Positions 36,686-46,775 of a stretch of DNA of 64,000 nucleotides are shown piece by piece; the first letter of the stretch is position 1, and each line of letters begins with the position of its first letter. The stretch is from positions 1,699 through 65,698 of the forward strand of contig JAUXTO010000019.1 of assembly GCA_030679255.1 (NCBI GenBank), read 5' to 3'. The DNA is from Candidatus Gottesmanbacteria bacterium (GTDB lineage Bacteria; Patescibacteriota; Microgenomatia; UBA10105; UBA927). A model generated the notes under the pieces. The model was not told the DNA's origin. It was given only the letters and a program-made list of their open reading frames with translations, and did not search any database. The position numbers were made by a program, and so were the translations under genes.

Positions 36686-38920
36686 CTAAATAGCTAGCTT
36701 CGCAAGGCCTGGCCTTGCGAAGCTAAAGATAATGACAAGTATGGTCAATATGCTTATTGCGGCGCCCCAAAGGACGATCGTTGGGCGGTAGGAAAAGACG
36801 ATCGTGTGGGTGCCCTTCGGGAGATAGAGCGTCCGGAAGGCGGCGTTGCTTTCAAAAATCGGAGTGCTTTTGCCGTCAACCGTTGCCTTCCATCCCGGAT
36901 ACATAACTTCGCTTGTGGCAAGAAACGCGTTACAGGGAGTAGCCGCGGTCAGTGATATTTTTCCATATCCGTAGGAATTGACAGTGACCGTTCCTTTAGT
37001 GTCCGCCGGACAATCCGGATTGAATCCCGATACATCCACTCGAGTCCCGTCCACGATGATTGTCGTTTTCGGGTCCACGCTCCCACGTTTGATTGCTGAT
37101 AATACCGCTTCCCTATTAGGTTCTTTTTGCATCTTCGTTGCGATAAAAAAGCGAGGGCTTACATTTTTATTTTCATACAACCTCCATCCGCGATTCTTAT
37201 TTTCTCTCACTAACTCAAATTGTTTCGTTGAAATATGTTTGATGGCATCACTCGCTATCGGCACGAGAATGTATTTAATGTTGAGATAATTTAAGTACGG
37301 TGATGTGATAGCACGAAACGGCGGGGTGGACTCGCTGTAGGAAAGCACGTCGGTAAATTTGTACCCGTTGGCGGCAAGGAGAAATTCGTACATATTGCGA
37401 AGTGGTGGCGTATCGTAACCGGATACGGACTGAATTTTATGCGCAATCGGCGCGTTAAACTCGAGGACGTCCCGCAGGGGATCGCCGTGATAAAAATTCG
37501 GGAGAAAACGATAGAGACTTTTGTCATTGATAAACGCGGAAACTAATGCGGTATCCTCGCTTTTTTCCGGAATGGGAACCAATGAAAGGTGGCGGCGGGC
37601 AAACGGAACGAGATCAAGGAGGAGTAAACCTACAACAATCACCTGCAATATTTTTGATTTGACCATGCTCAATCCAATTCCAAATAATACACTTGCCGAC
37701 AGCACAAAAAGCACGATGTGCCGAGCCGGAATACGGATTTGGCTGTAGAGAGGCATCCACGAACGAACCCAAGAAAAAAGATCGAGGGGCGCGTTCTGCC
37801 CCAACCACATCCATATCCCAAAAATACCGACGAGGACAAACGCCGGAATTTCCCACGATGTTTTCTTTTTCACGACCCACGAGGCGACCGCTAGAAGTGC
37901 AAAGAGAAGCGATACTTTTCCAAAGTACCCCACGTGCTCAAATCCGAAGCCCGAGTCCGGCAGACGCGAGTAAAAATAAAATGGATCTATAAATTCAAGC
38001 AGGTGTCCGACTGTCGGCGTCCCAAGTTGGGCCCAACTATCCGGAAACGAAAACGTCCGGATGCTATGGGCTATGAATTGGGCGTTGGGGAGAAGTTGGA
38101 TTACTGCCAGACCAAATCCGATTAATATTGCAGCTCCGACACGAACCATTGGTTGGAAAATAATAGATAGGTTAAGAGTTGTCATCCCCGTGCCTGTAGG
38201 GGATCCAGTTTTTACTCTGGATTCCCGCGTACGCGGGAATGACTGAAAAATATTATAGCATTGATAAATCAACATCATGATAAACACTCCTTCCAGCGTA
38301 AACACTGCAACCATCGGATGACCAGCCAATAGCTGTATGGCCAACGCCACCCCGGCAAACGCGATGTTTTTTCTGCTGATAGCTGATAGCTGACCCGCTT
38401 CGCCAAAACAGCGAGGCGAGCAGCTGAAAGCTAAAATCACCCACGGCATCCACGCCGATGCAGCAATGATATCGATGTGTCCGGCTGGAATGCGGGCCAC
38501 AAAGTACGCGGACAATCCGAAGGCGACTCCCGCCCCCCACGCGGCAATTTTTGACATTTGACCTTTGATATTTGACATTGCGCGAAGCGCGCAGTACATC
38601 CCGGACATCGCGATAAACAGATGCAGGGCAATGTACCAGGAAATAGCAGCATTGGTGGGCAACAATACAAATAAAATATTCGGGAGATACCAAAAGGGAA
38701 TTTGCGGATGCTCAAGATATGGCTGACCGCCGAAAATGTACGGATTCCACCACGGAATAGTTCCCAGTTTAAGCGACTCCCCCAAAAACTGCCGCTGCCA
38801 ATAATGGTACCGCCAGATATCCGGTCCAAATAATATTTTTCCCTCCGGTGGCCATAGAACTCCCCAAAACACCACGAGAACAAGGATGGCATAGGCCAAA
38901 AATGGAAAAAACTTTTTCAT
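36686..38920 (-). CDS. YfhO-family membrane glycosyltransferase, paralog A
   Basis: WWNPYIFGGQPY...SAWMPWV...C-terminal YPGWKATVDGK..AFR..LPKGTHTIVFSYRP. Carries in-frame MITE-C, Elem-F, an SSR and a terminal REP. Confidence 0.7.
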   Translation of the reverse strand: MKKFFPFLAYAILVLVVFWGVLWPPEGKILFGPDIWRYHYWQRQFLGESLKLGTIPWWNPYIFGGQPYLEHPQIPFWYLPNILFVLLPTNAAISWYIALHLFIAMSGMYCALRAMSNIKGQMSKIAAWGAGVAFGLSAYFVARIPAGHIDIIAASAWMPWVILAFSCSPRCFGEAGQLSAISRKNIAFAGVALAIQLLAGHPMVAVFTLEGVFIMMLIYQCYNIFQSFPRTRESRVKTGSPTGTGMTTLNLSIIFQPMVRVGAAILIGFGLAVIQLLPNAQFIAHSIRTFSFPDSWAQLGTPTVGHLLEFIDPFYFYSRLPDSGFGFEHVGYFGKVSLLFALLAVASWVVKKKTSWEIPAFVLVGIFGIWMWLGQNAPLDLFSWVRSWMPLYSQIRIPARHIVLFVLSASVLFGIGLSMVKSKILQVIVVGLLLLDLVPFARRHLSLVPIPEKSEDTALVSAFINDKSLYRFLPNFYHGDPLRDVLEFNAPIAHKIQSVSGYDTPPLRNMYEFLLAANGYKFTDVLSYSESTPPFRAITSPYLNYLNIKYILVPIASDAIKHISTKQFELVRENKNRGWRLYENKNVSPRFFIATKMQKEPNREAVLSAIKRGSVDPKTTIIVDGTRVDVSGFNPDCPADTKGTVTVNSYGYGKISLTAATPCNAFLATSEVMYPGWKATVDGKSTPIFESNAAFRTLYLPKGTHTIVFSYRPTIVLWGAAISILTILVIIFSFARPGLAKLAI
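36696..36724. repeat. REP-A palindrome forming the 3' end (FARPGLAKLAI-stop) of YfhO paralog A
   Basis: Exact palindrome. Confidence 0.9.
38181..38243. repeat. MITE-C element in-frame within YfhO A (adds SFPRTRESRVKTGSPTGTGMTT)
   Basis: gtcatccccgtgcctgtaggggatcc agtttttactct ggattcccgcgtacgcgggaatgac. Confidence 0.75.
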
Positions 38921-40026
38921 GATTTTGTCTGGATAGTTCCGAGTACTGCAAGAAGAGCCTCATAGCTTGCCCCGCGTACATCGATCCATTTCGCGTTGAT
39001 CGACTGGGCAAGACCATTGTCATCATCGCTGTTGCCCAAGACGACCACCTTGTCAAATTCAGTCATTTTTTTACCAAGCGAAAAGAGCGCGTCGGTCACC
39101 ATGGCCGGAGAAGGTTTACGCTTCGTCGTCTTTTTGACAAAGGATGTTTTCCAGGCGATCTCAGGGTGGGATCCTACAAACTCGGCATCCACATCCGGAC
39201 AATACTGCCAAGAGTCGATTTTAATTCCCTGTTTTTTGAGTAAATCATTGACTGCCTCATTAACCTCATCCACTTTTTTCTCATCAAAGTATCCCCGCGC
39301 GACACCGGATTGATTGCTGACGACTATCTTCGTTGTTTTATATTTCGTCTGCATGTAGGAGAGGAAGCTCACAACCGGCATGTTAAGGGTAATTTTTTTC
39401 TTCCAATCTTCTGTTCGGCCTAAAAAATCGTCGTTTGTGATGAGCGTTCCGTCGCGGTCAAGAACAACCAATAATCGTTTTGAGGGGATCTTCTGTTGGA
39501 TATAATCGATGACTTCCGTCGTCGAAAGCTTCGGGTCATCGGTATAGGCCATTGTGCCGCCAACGGCTTTTATTGCTTCACGCTCACTGGTAATCCCCGG
39601 CGTTTGTTTGCCGATAAAATCCGGACCTTTCATATACATCGAGGGCTTGAGCGCGTTGATCACGTCTACGCCGAGTTTAACGTCCGTAACAACAACGTAA
39701 TCTACCATCCGCAGATTGGCAATCATGTACGCGCGTAATGTATCAGGAAATATCGGCCGCCCCGCGCCTTTCCGGCCCTCTACAAACCGGTCGCTCGTCA
39801 CAGAAACGACAAGTACGTCGCAGAGTTTTTTAGCCGACTCAAAGTGTTTGACGTGGCCGGGATGCAGAAGATCAAATCCCCCGTGGCAAAGCCCGACCGT
39901 TTTCCCCTCCTGACGAAGCCGACGGATGACCGATGCTGCGGCGGCAAGCGAAATAATTTTCCCGGACGTATATATTTTTGTCGATGAGATCTGCATCATA
40001 AATTTATCATGGTACGCCCTGATCAT
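38917..40026 (-). CDS. Bifunctional nucleotidyltransferase (HldE/RfaE domain II-like) fused to a HAD phosphatase (GmhB-like)
   Basis: GLCHGGFDLLHPGHVKHF (HxGH cytidylyl/adenylyltransferase) plus VVLDRDGTLI (HAD motif I). Start trimmed to an ATG overlapping the stop of YfhO B. Confidence 0.6.
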   Translation of the reverse strand: MIRAYHDKFMMQISSTKIYTSGKIISLAAAASVIRRLRQEGKTVGLCHGGFDLLHPGHVKHFESAKKLCDVLVVSVTSDRFVEGRKGAGRPIFPDTLRAYMIANLRMVDYVVVTDVKLGVDVINALKPSMYMKGPDFIGKQTPGITSEREAIKAVGGTMAYTDDPKLSTTEVIDYIQQKIPSKRLLVVLDRDGTLITNDDFLGRTEDWKKKITLNMPVVSFLSYMQTKYKTTKIVVSNQSGVARGYFDEKKVDEVNEAVNDLLKKQGIKIDSWQYCPDVDAEFVGSHPEIAWKTSFVKKTTKRKPSPAMVTDALFSLGKKMTEFDKVVVLGNSDDDNGLAQSINAKWIDVRGASYEALLAVLGTIQTKS

Positions 40027-42296
40027 ACCCGCTTTTTCATCCAAATCAAACAGCCAAGAAGGGTCATGAGACTCACAAAGATTCCCATGATAAATACCGT
40101 TGGCCGGTAAACCATGACCATGGTGTGTTTCCCTTTGGGAATGACGACCGTCCGGAACGCAAGGTTGCCTTCAATGAGTTTCGCCGGTTTCCCGTCAATG
40201 GTAGCCTGCCAGCCCGGATACATCACCTCACTGGTTGCGAGCATGGCGTTACACGGCGTATCGGTCTTCAAAATTATTTTGTTCATGGAATAGGACGCGA
40301 CCGTAACCGGCGGGAGCGGTTGACTACCGCAATTGAACGCAACATCAGAGGGAACATCCTTTTGTTGCACTAAAACGACTTTTCCCGGATCATGCTCCCC
40401 TGCCCGGATGGCACGGGCAATGGACGGGCGATCAGGGAGTCCAACAATCTGTGAAGCAAGAAAAAATCTGGGTAACACGGTGGTGTTTTCATACAGACGG
40501 AAATAATCTTTTTTGTTTTCCTCCATAACTAATTTATACTTCGGCGAAGATCCGGCAACCGAGTCAAACCAGGACGGGACAAAAATATATTTGACGTTGA
40601 GAAAATCCACATACCGCGAAGACGGTTTTAAATACGGAATCTGTACATCAGTTTGCTGGACGTCCGGGTTTTCGACCCCTGCAACGGCGGCCCCAAATTC
40701 ATAGTAGTTGCGCAGGATAGCCGGGTCATACCCCGATGCACTGTAGAGCCGATAACCCATCGCAGCGTCAAAATCCAGGGCATCGCGCGTCCCCATGCCG
40801 ACGTTAAAGTTGGGAAGAATCCGCGCCATCCCCAAATTCTTTTGAAGGTAGCTCACTAATTCTTGATTATGCCGCGTCGCCGGATCGGGCCGCAGGACAA
40901 CAAAGTTTTTTGCAAACCAGAGCATATCAACAGTGATAAACAATGAAATTATGAAAACAGCTAGCTTCGCAAGGCCAGGCCTTGCGAAGCTAAGATTCTT
41001 CAAATAATTCAAGCCGATGCCGGCGAGGGCGCTCATGCCGAAGACAAAGAGAATAAGATGGCGGGAAGGGATTCGGAGATATTTATATATTGGAACGGTG
41101 TCCCAGAGAATTTTATTGAGGTCGATGGGCGCGTTCCAGCCGAGGGAAACCCACAGGCCGAAGATTGCAATACACACCATTGCACCGCCAAATACTAATA
41201 CTTGGCGGTCGTGAGTGAACAATTTCGTGACGGGGTTACTTCGTTTAATAATCATTTGAAGGACATGAATGACGAATGCAATGATAGAAATCAATGCAAG
41301 CAATAGTCCCCCCTTGCCCATATATGCCGCCATTTCGCCGAAATTGGGACTTGGACCTTTATAACTCCATGGGAATCCGAGGACAAACGGATCAATAAGT
41401 TGCTTGAGATTGCCGATCGTATACGATCCAAACACTGCCCATGAGTAGGGCAATGGATAGGTCCGGATGCTTGCGCGAAAAAATTCCTGACCGGGAAGAA
41501 TCTGGATAGCTGATAAGCCAAGCCCGATAATTACCGAGAGTCCTGCATATAAAAAAGGTTTCACACTTCTTGCATTGATGCATTGACCCACGGACACCAT
41601 GCCGACGGCAATGACGGTCATCATCGCCATCGTCTGATACCCCGCCAAAATCTGCATGGCAAATACTATCCCGGCAATAACGCAATTTGTTTTCCATTTG
41701 ACATTTGACTTTTGACATTTGACATTTGCCCATACCACCCACGGCATCCAGGAGGCCGAAAGGATAAGCTCTATATGCCCTTCCCAAATCCGCCCCATAA
41801 AAAAGCCGGAAAGGCCAAAGACTAATCCTGCGATCCAGGGACCAATAGGATGGAGGACATAAGACATAGGACGTAGGATAGAACTGTTTTTGATTCCATT
41901 GGAAATTGGTAATTGGTCATTGGTCATTACACTTCTGATCAGGATGTACATCCCCAGCATCGCCCAAAAGATGTGCAGCGGAATGATCCATGAGTAGACG
42001 AAGCGGTATGGCATCAGGGCAAAGAGCCAATTGACGGGATACCAAAATGCGAGCGACGGGTTAGCGATCAACGGCTCGCCGGAAAACAGGTACGGATTCC
42101 ACCACGGAAACTCCCCACGGGCAAGAGCGTCACCAAATAATTGCCGGAAAAAATGATACGACCGATGGATGTCATCGCCAAATACGAGCGTCCCCGGCGC
42201 AGGCCACAGGATAGGCCAAAAAACAAAGAGCACGATGGCGAGATAAAAAATGGCAGCGACAATGTACGGATTTTTCAGTACTCTCACGATTCTCAT
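40023..42296 (-). CDS. YfhO-family membrane glycosyltransferase, paralog B
   Basis: WWNPYLFSGEP; SASWMPWVV; C-terminal YPGWQATIDGK. Contains in-frame REP-A and SSR tracts. Confidence 0.7.
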   Translation of the reverse strand: MRIVRVLKNPYIVAAIFYLAIVLFVFWPILWPAPGTLVFGDDIHRSYHFFRQLFGDALARGEFPWWNPYLFSGEPLIANPSLAFWYPVNWLFALMPYRFVYSWIIPLHIFWAMLGMYILIRSVMTNDQLPISNGIKNSSILRPMSYVLHPIGPWIAGLVFGLSGFFMGRIWEGHIELILSASWMPWVVWANVKCQKSNVKWKTNCVIAGIVFAMQILAGYQTMAMMTVIAVGMVSVGQCINARSVKPFLYAGLSVIIGLGLSAIQILPGQEFFRASIRTYPLPYSWAVFGSYTIGNLKQLIDPFVLGFPWSYKGPSPNFGEMAAYMGKGGLLLALISIIAFVIHVLQMIIKRSNPVTKLFTHDRQVLVFGGAMVCIAIFGLWVSLGWNAPIDLNKILWDTVPIYKYLRIPSRHLILFVFGMSALAGIGLNYLKNLSFARPGLAKLAVFIISLFITVDMLWFAKNFVVLRPDPATRHNQELVSYLQKNLGMARILPNFNVGMGTRDALDFDAAMGYRLYSASGYDPAILRNYYEFGAAVAGVENPDVQQTDVQIPYLKPSSRYVDFLNVKYIFVPSWFDSVAGSSPKYKLVMEENKKDYFRLYENTTVLPRFFLASQIVGLPDRPSIARAIRAGEHDPGKVVLVQQKDVPSDVAFNCGSQPLPPVTVASYSMNKIILKTDTPCNAMLATSEVMYPGWQATIDGKPAKLIEGNLAFRTVVIPKGKHTMVMVYRPTVFIMGIFVSLMTLLGCLIWMKKRV
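40963..40991. repeat. REP-A palindrome in-frame in YfhO B (SFARPGLAKL)
   Basis: agcttcgcaaggccaggccttgcgaagct. Confidence 0.9.
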
Positions 42297-42381
42297 TGTA
42301 TCGCCCAGTTCTCCTTTTGCAACAGAGAATGAACAACGCGCGAGATCTTGCTATTGTCAATAGAAACAAAACGCTCTATTC

Positions 42382-43179
42382 TTGTGTCCAATGTTTACCG
42401 TAACTCCACGGACCATCACCGTGCGCAACGCATCGCTTACCTATGCCGCTATCCCCTGGGATTGCCAGTATCTGGACAATACCACCATACAGATCAAGAA
42501 GTTTACGTTCACGACCAAACAGGAAGCCAAACATCTTCTGTTTACGATTACGAAACAACTAAAACTTGCTAAAGGCGATCTGCTGTTTCTCAAAACTTCC
42601 CCGCTTGATATCAAACATTTACATATCCTTACTTCCTTGGGCTTTTACGTTATTGAGGAAGCCGTTGAGATTTCCTTTGACCTTTCCGACTGGAATCCAA
42701 ACGCATTTTCTCAACATGCCATGCGGGGGTATCGACTCGTTAGCGCGACAAAGTCGCATCTCCCGTCCATCAAAAAAATTGCAGGATCAGCCTTCACGCA
42801 TGACCGGTATCATCTGGATCCAAATATTCCGGCGCGTGGGGCGAATAAGCGGTTCATCGGATGGGTAGAAACGAGCATGAAGAGCACTGACGAAGTGTTT
42901 GCGTTTGTTGATGCCAACAGTGTTGTTATCGGATTTTTTATCATCGCGAAAAACCCGGATGGTACAAACCTTCGCCTTGCGGCAATTGATCCATCGCTCG
43001 TGGGAAAAGGATTAGGGAAACTTCTGTACTATTCGATGTTTTCTATTCTAAAAAAACGCGGCGACACATCCATACAAACACAGATATCGCTCAATAACAC
43101 AGCGGTACTTAACGTCTACACCTATCTCGTCCACCCGAAGGTTACCCGCGTGGAAATGGTGTTACACTTTATCGTATGA
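42382..43179 (+). CDS. WecD-like two-domain N-acetyltransferase (GNAT)
   Basis: RFIGWVE.. C-terminal GNAT-like segment. Adjacent to a GT2 gene and close to the aminotransferase. Confidence 0.5.
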   Translation: MCPMFTVTPRTITVRNASLTYAAIPWDCQYLDNTTIQIKKFTFTTKQEAKHLLFTITKQLKLAKGDLLFLKTSPLDIKHLHILTSLGFYVIEEAVEISFDLSDWNPNAFSQHAMRGYRLVSATKSHLPSIKKIAGSAFTHDRYHLDPNIPARGANKRFIGWVETSMKSTDEVFAFVDANSVVIGFFIIAKNPDGTNLRLAAIDPSLVGKGLGKLLYYSMFSILKKRGDTSIQTQISLNNTAVLNVYTYLVHPKVTRVEMVLHFIV

Positions 43180-43916
43180 AACGAATTTCATTCGTCATCC
43201 CTCTCTATAATGCCGCCGCGTCCGTGCGGGAACTGACCACGAGGATCCTATCCCCTTCGATCCCGGGAAATAAAGAAATTATTTATACGAACGACGGCTC
43301 GACGGATGACACTGACCGCATCGTCCGAGCTTTAGCTACCAAAAACAAATCCATCATATATATCCAACTGGCTGGAAACTTTGGCCAGCATAATGCAATT
43401 CTCACCGGACTCAAATTTGCACGGGGAAACATTGTGGTTTGTTTAGACGATGATCTGCAAACGCCGCCGGAGGAAGCAGTCATTTTGCTTGATGCATTGA
43501 CCGATCGGGATGTCGACGTCGTGTATGGACAGTATGAAACCAATGAAGATCCGGTCCGCAGGATCGGTACGAGACTTCATAACCTGATGGCGCAGGTATT
43601 CGGGAAGCCCAAAGACGTGACGCTGACGAGCTTCTTTTGTATGACGAAATCTGTAGCCCACACAGTAAGCCAATACAAAGGAACGCTTGTATACCTCCCT
43701 GGGCTCGTCTTCCGTGCGACAAAAAAAATAACCTCCGTCCCCGTTCGTCACGTTCCCCGCAAATACGGCCGCTCCGGGTATACCTTTTTGGGTTTATTGA
43801 AATTGTGGCTGATCGGAGTCTTGGTGTACCTGCGTTTAGCAGATATATTTACGTACGGGAAAGCGACGACGGTTGCGGACTCGGTCAACGCACGCGTCAC
43901 ATCCAACCACCGTTAA
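43176..43916 (+). CDS. GT2 polyprenyl-phosphate glycosyltransferase, GtrB/ArnC-like
   Basis: ISFVIPLYNAAASV...IYTNDGSTDDT...GNFGQHNAILTG. Confidence 0.65.
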   Translation: MKRISFVIPLYNAAASVRELTTRILSPSIPGNKEIIYTNDGSTDDTDRIVRALATKNKSIIYIQLAGNFGQHNAILTGLKFARGNIVVCLDDDLQTPPEEAVILLDALTDRDVDVVYGQYETNEDPVRRIGTRLHNLMAQVFGKPKDVTLTSFFCMTKSVAHTVSQYKGTLVYLPGLVFRATKKITSVPVRHVPRKYGRSGYTFLGLLKLWLIGVLVYLRLADIFTYGKATTVADSVNARVTSNHR

Positions 43917-44637
43917 TGGGGATGGCCGCGCCCGTGATATAGCCGGCTTGGGGGCTTGCCAGATAGACGGCGAGACTGGCAATTTCTTCCGGCTGGGCTT
44001 TGCGTCCCAGCGGAATTTGTTTGATCATTGTTTCCATATAAGAAGTTGGAACGTCTTTAAGAATTTCTGTATCGACAAGTCCCGGGCAAATGGCATTGAC
44101 GGTAATGCCAAAGCGCGCCACTTCTTTGGCTAACGACTTTGTAAATCCAATAAGGGCCGCTTTGGACGCACTATAGTTCGTTTGCCCGAAATCTCCCCGC
44201 TGCCCGCTTATAGAAGAAAGGAAAATAATCCTCCCCCACCCGGAGGCAATCATGCCGGGAAGTAATTGTTTGGTGACAAAGAATGCACCATACACATTGG
44301 TTTTCATGACGATATCCCAATCCTCTCCACTCATCTTGGTAAATAAAACATTACGGACGATCCCCGCGTTGTTGACGAGAATATCGATATGACCGAATTG
44401 GGAAATAACTTTTGCGCATCCGCGGGCCACTGCGTTGGGATCGGTGATGTCAAAATACACCGCGTTGCTTTTGGGTGATAAACGTTTTATCTGCCTAAGG
44501 ACATCCTTGCTCTCCGGCGACGGATGTGATGCATGGGTGACAACGATATTCCCCTCCCGAGCAAATCCCAACGCTATCGCCCGCCCAATGCCACGGGACG
44601 AGCCGGTGACGAACACAATTTTTTCTTTTGTTTTCAT
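43897..44637 (-). CDS. SDR-family oxidoreductase (FabG-like)
   Basis: IVFVTGSSRGIGRAIA...NNAG...YSASKAA. Confidence 0.7.
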   Translation of the reverse strand: MKTKEKIVFVTGSSRGIGRAIALGFAREGNIVVTHASHPSPESKDVLRQIKRLSPKSNAVYFDITDPNAVARGCAKVISQFGHIDILVNNAGIVRNVLFTKMSGEDWDIVMKTNVYGAFFVTKQLLPGMIASGWGRIIFLSSISGQRGDFGQTNYSASKAALIGFTKSLAKEVARFGITVNAICPGLVDTEILKDVPTSYMETMIKQIPLGRKAQPEEIASLAVYLASPQAGYITGAAIPINGGWM

Positions 44638-46775
44638 AGAGAGGTGCGGATATCATAAGACTTCTTCCATAAAAATACCATGATACCCGCGGTAATGAAC
44701 GAGATGACTCCCCCGATGACGAAAATCCTGGGATTGTACCGATAGATGACGGTGTGGTTTCCTGCGGGGACAAAAAGTGCTCGGAATGCATTGTTTGCCT
44801 TGATTATCTCTACCTTTTGTTCATCGATAAATCCTTCCCATCCGGGGTAATATACTTCGGAACTCATGAGTGTTGCCCCAGTGGTGGACTGGGTTGACAG
44901 GATGATTTCGTTGGGTGAATATTTTACGATATTCACCTTCCCCTCTTTATGATCGGCAAAATAGAACCTTGGGAAGACCGTGGTATTTTCATACAATCTA
45001 TAATCACGAGCCACATCTTCGCGGATGAGACGGAATCTCGGGTCTTTCGTACCAAAAAGTGGATCGTACGCGCGCGGGTGGAGAATATATTTGATGTTGA
45101 GGAAATCCGTGGCTTTGGAAAATATATTCAAGTACGGAATCTGCACATCATGATCGAGAATACTCGGCGTCGTCTTGCCATTGGACGCATCAATAAATGC
45201 ATAATACGGTTTTAGTATCATCGTGTCGTAGCCGGTCGCATTAAAAACACCGTACTGCATCCCCGCGTCGAAATCAAAACTATCCCGGGGTGGTGCCCAC
45301 GCGCCGAAGTTAGTAAGAACTCTATACGGATCGCGGTTTTGTTTAAGAATCTTAATAAGGTCAACGTCGTGGCGCGTCTCGGGAACGGGCTTGAGGGTGA
45401 TGAAGTGATGGGAGTAAAAAATCATTTCCGCCGCGATGAGTACTCCCGCGATTCTCACAATGTGCTGAGAGCGGATTGCGTGAATGGACATCCCAATAAG
45501 TCCGCTGAGCCCAAAGGCAACGAGGATGAGATGGCGCGGAGGAATACGAAGGAATTTATACGTGGGGACAAGCTTCCAGAGGATATATTGCAAGTCAATG
45601 GGGGCGTTGGGACCCATGGATACCCAGAGACCAAAGAAGGCGATACAACCGAACGCGAGTATCATAGGTGACTTAGGTATCTTAAGTACCCTCGGTAACC
45701 GAAACAATAAAACTGCCAGAACAACGAGCAACCCCACTCGTCCCACAAAAAACGCATGTTCGGCAAAATTGGGTGGCGGGCCGCTATAGGTGAGTTGATC
45801 CCCAAAGAAAAATGGGTTAAAAAATTGCCCTAAACTCCTCCACTCAAACGATCCGTATGCAATCCAGGAATACGGAAGAGCGTATGTCCTTATGGTTTGA
45901 CGAAAAAACTCCTGTTGAGGGAGAAGGACCACCGCAAAAAGTCCGATAGCCAGAAGCACGCTCAAGGCGATACTCGCAATGACGATCACTATCCTCTTCA
46001 TACTTGCCCGTTGAGAAATAAACGTGATCGCTGCCATGATCCCCACTGCCTCGAGCGTCAACATAGCCATCGTCTGATACCCGGCAAACAACTGCATGGC
46101 CAAGACTACCGCAGCGATAACAATCCTCCGCCGCTCCTGGTATTTTTGTGTGTATTCTTCCAGTTTTGAATTTTTAGTTTTGAGTTTTGAGATTGCGCCA
46201 AAGGCGCATACCACCCACGGCATCCACGAGGCCGCAGCAATCACATCCACATGCCCGGCCCAGATGCGGGCGGCAAAGAAGCCGGAGAGACCGAAAACGA
46301 GACCGGCGATCCACGGACCAATAGGATGGAGGACATAGGACATAGGACATAAGATAGAGAAATTGCTCTTTTCATTGGATAATTTGATTATTGGATTATT
46401 GGATAATTCCCTGCGAAGCAGGGTATACATCCCCGTCATCGCCCACAGGAGGTGTAGGGCGATATGCCACGAATACGCAATATTGAGGGGCAAAAGTACG
46501 AAAAGCCAATTCGGTGGATACAACATGTTGACGATCGGATGGGCTATAAACGGAGTCCCTGCGAAGTTGTAGGGATTCCACCACGGCCAGACGCCTTGAG
46601 CCAAAAAGTTGTTGAAAAATTGCCGGTAAAAATAATACGCCCGGTGGATATCGTCGCCCCAGATCATCTCCGTGGCTCCAGGAATGAGCGCGCGGCCAAA
46701 CACCACCGCGACCGCCAGCGCGTAGAACGCGATCGGCACACCATACGGCCACACCCTACGGAAAAACGATCTCAT
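44634..46775 (-). CDS. YfhO-family membrane glycosyltransferase, paralog C. Start trimmed to an ATG overlapping the methyltransferase stop.
   Basis: WWNPYNFAGTPF; AASWMPWVV; C-terminal YPGWEGFIDEQ..AFRALFVPAGNHTVIYRY. Confidence 0.65.
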   Translation of the reverse strand: MRSFFRRVWPYGVPIAFYALAVAVVFGRALIPGATEMIWGDDIHRAYYFYRQFFNNFLAQGVWPWWNPYNFAGTPFIAHPIVNMLYPPNWLFVLLPLNIAYSWHIALHLLWAMTGMYTLLRRELSNNPIIKLSNEKSNFSILCPMSYVLHPIGPWIAGLVFGLSGFFAARIWAGHVDVIAAASWMPWVVCAFGAISKLKTKNSKLEEYTQKYQERRRIVIAAVVLAMQLFAGYQTMAMLTLEAVGIMAAITFISQRASMKRIVIVIASIALSVLLAIGLFAVVLLPQQEFFRQTIRTYALPYSWIAYGSFEWRSLGQFFNPFFFGDQLTYSGPPPNFAEHAFFVGRVGLLVVLAVLLFRLPRVLKIPKSPMILAFGCIAFFGLWVSMGPNAPIDLQYILWKLVPTYKFLRIPPRHLILVAFGLSGLIGMSIHAIRSQHIVRIAGVLIAAEMIFYSHHFITLKPVPETRHDVDLIKILKQNRDPYRVLTNFGAWAPPRDSFDFDAGMQYGVFNATGYDTMILKPYYAFIDASNGKTTPSILDHDVQIPYLNIFSKATDFLNIKYILHPRAYDPLFGTKDPRFRLIREDVARDYRLYENTTVFPRFYFADHKEGKVNIVKYSPNEIILSTQSTTGATLMSSEVYYPGWEGFIDEQKVEIIKANNAFRALFVPAGNHTVIYRYNPRIFVIGGVISFITAGIMVFLWKKSYDIRTSL

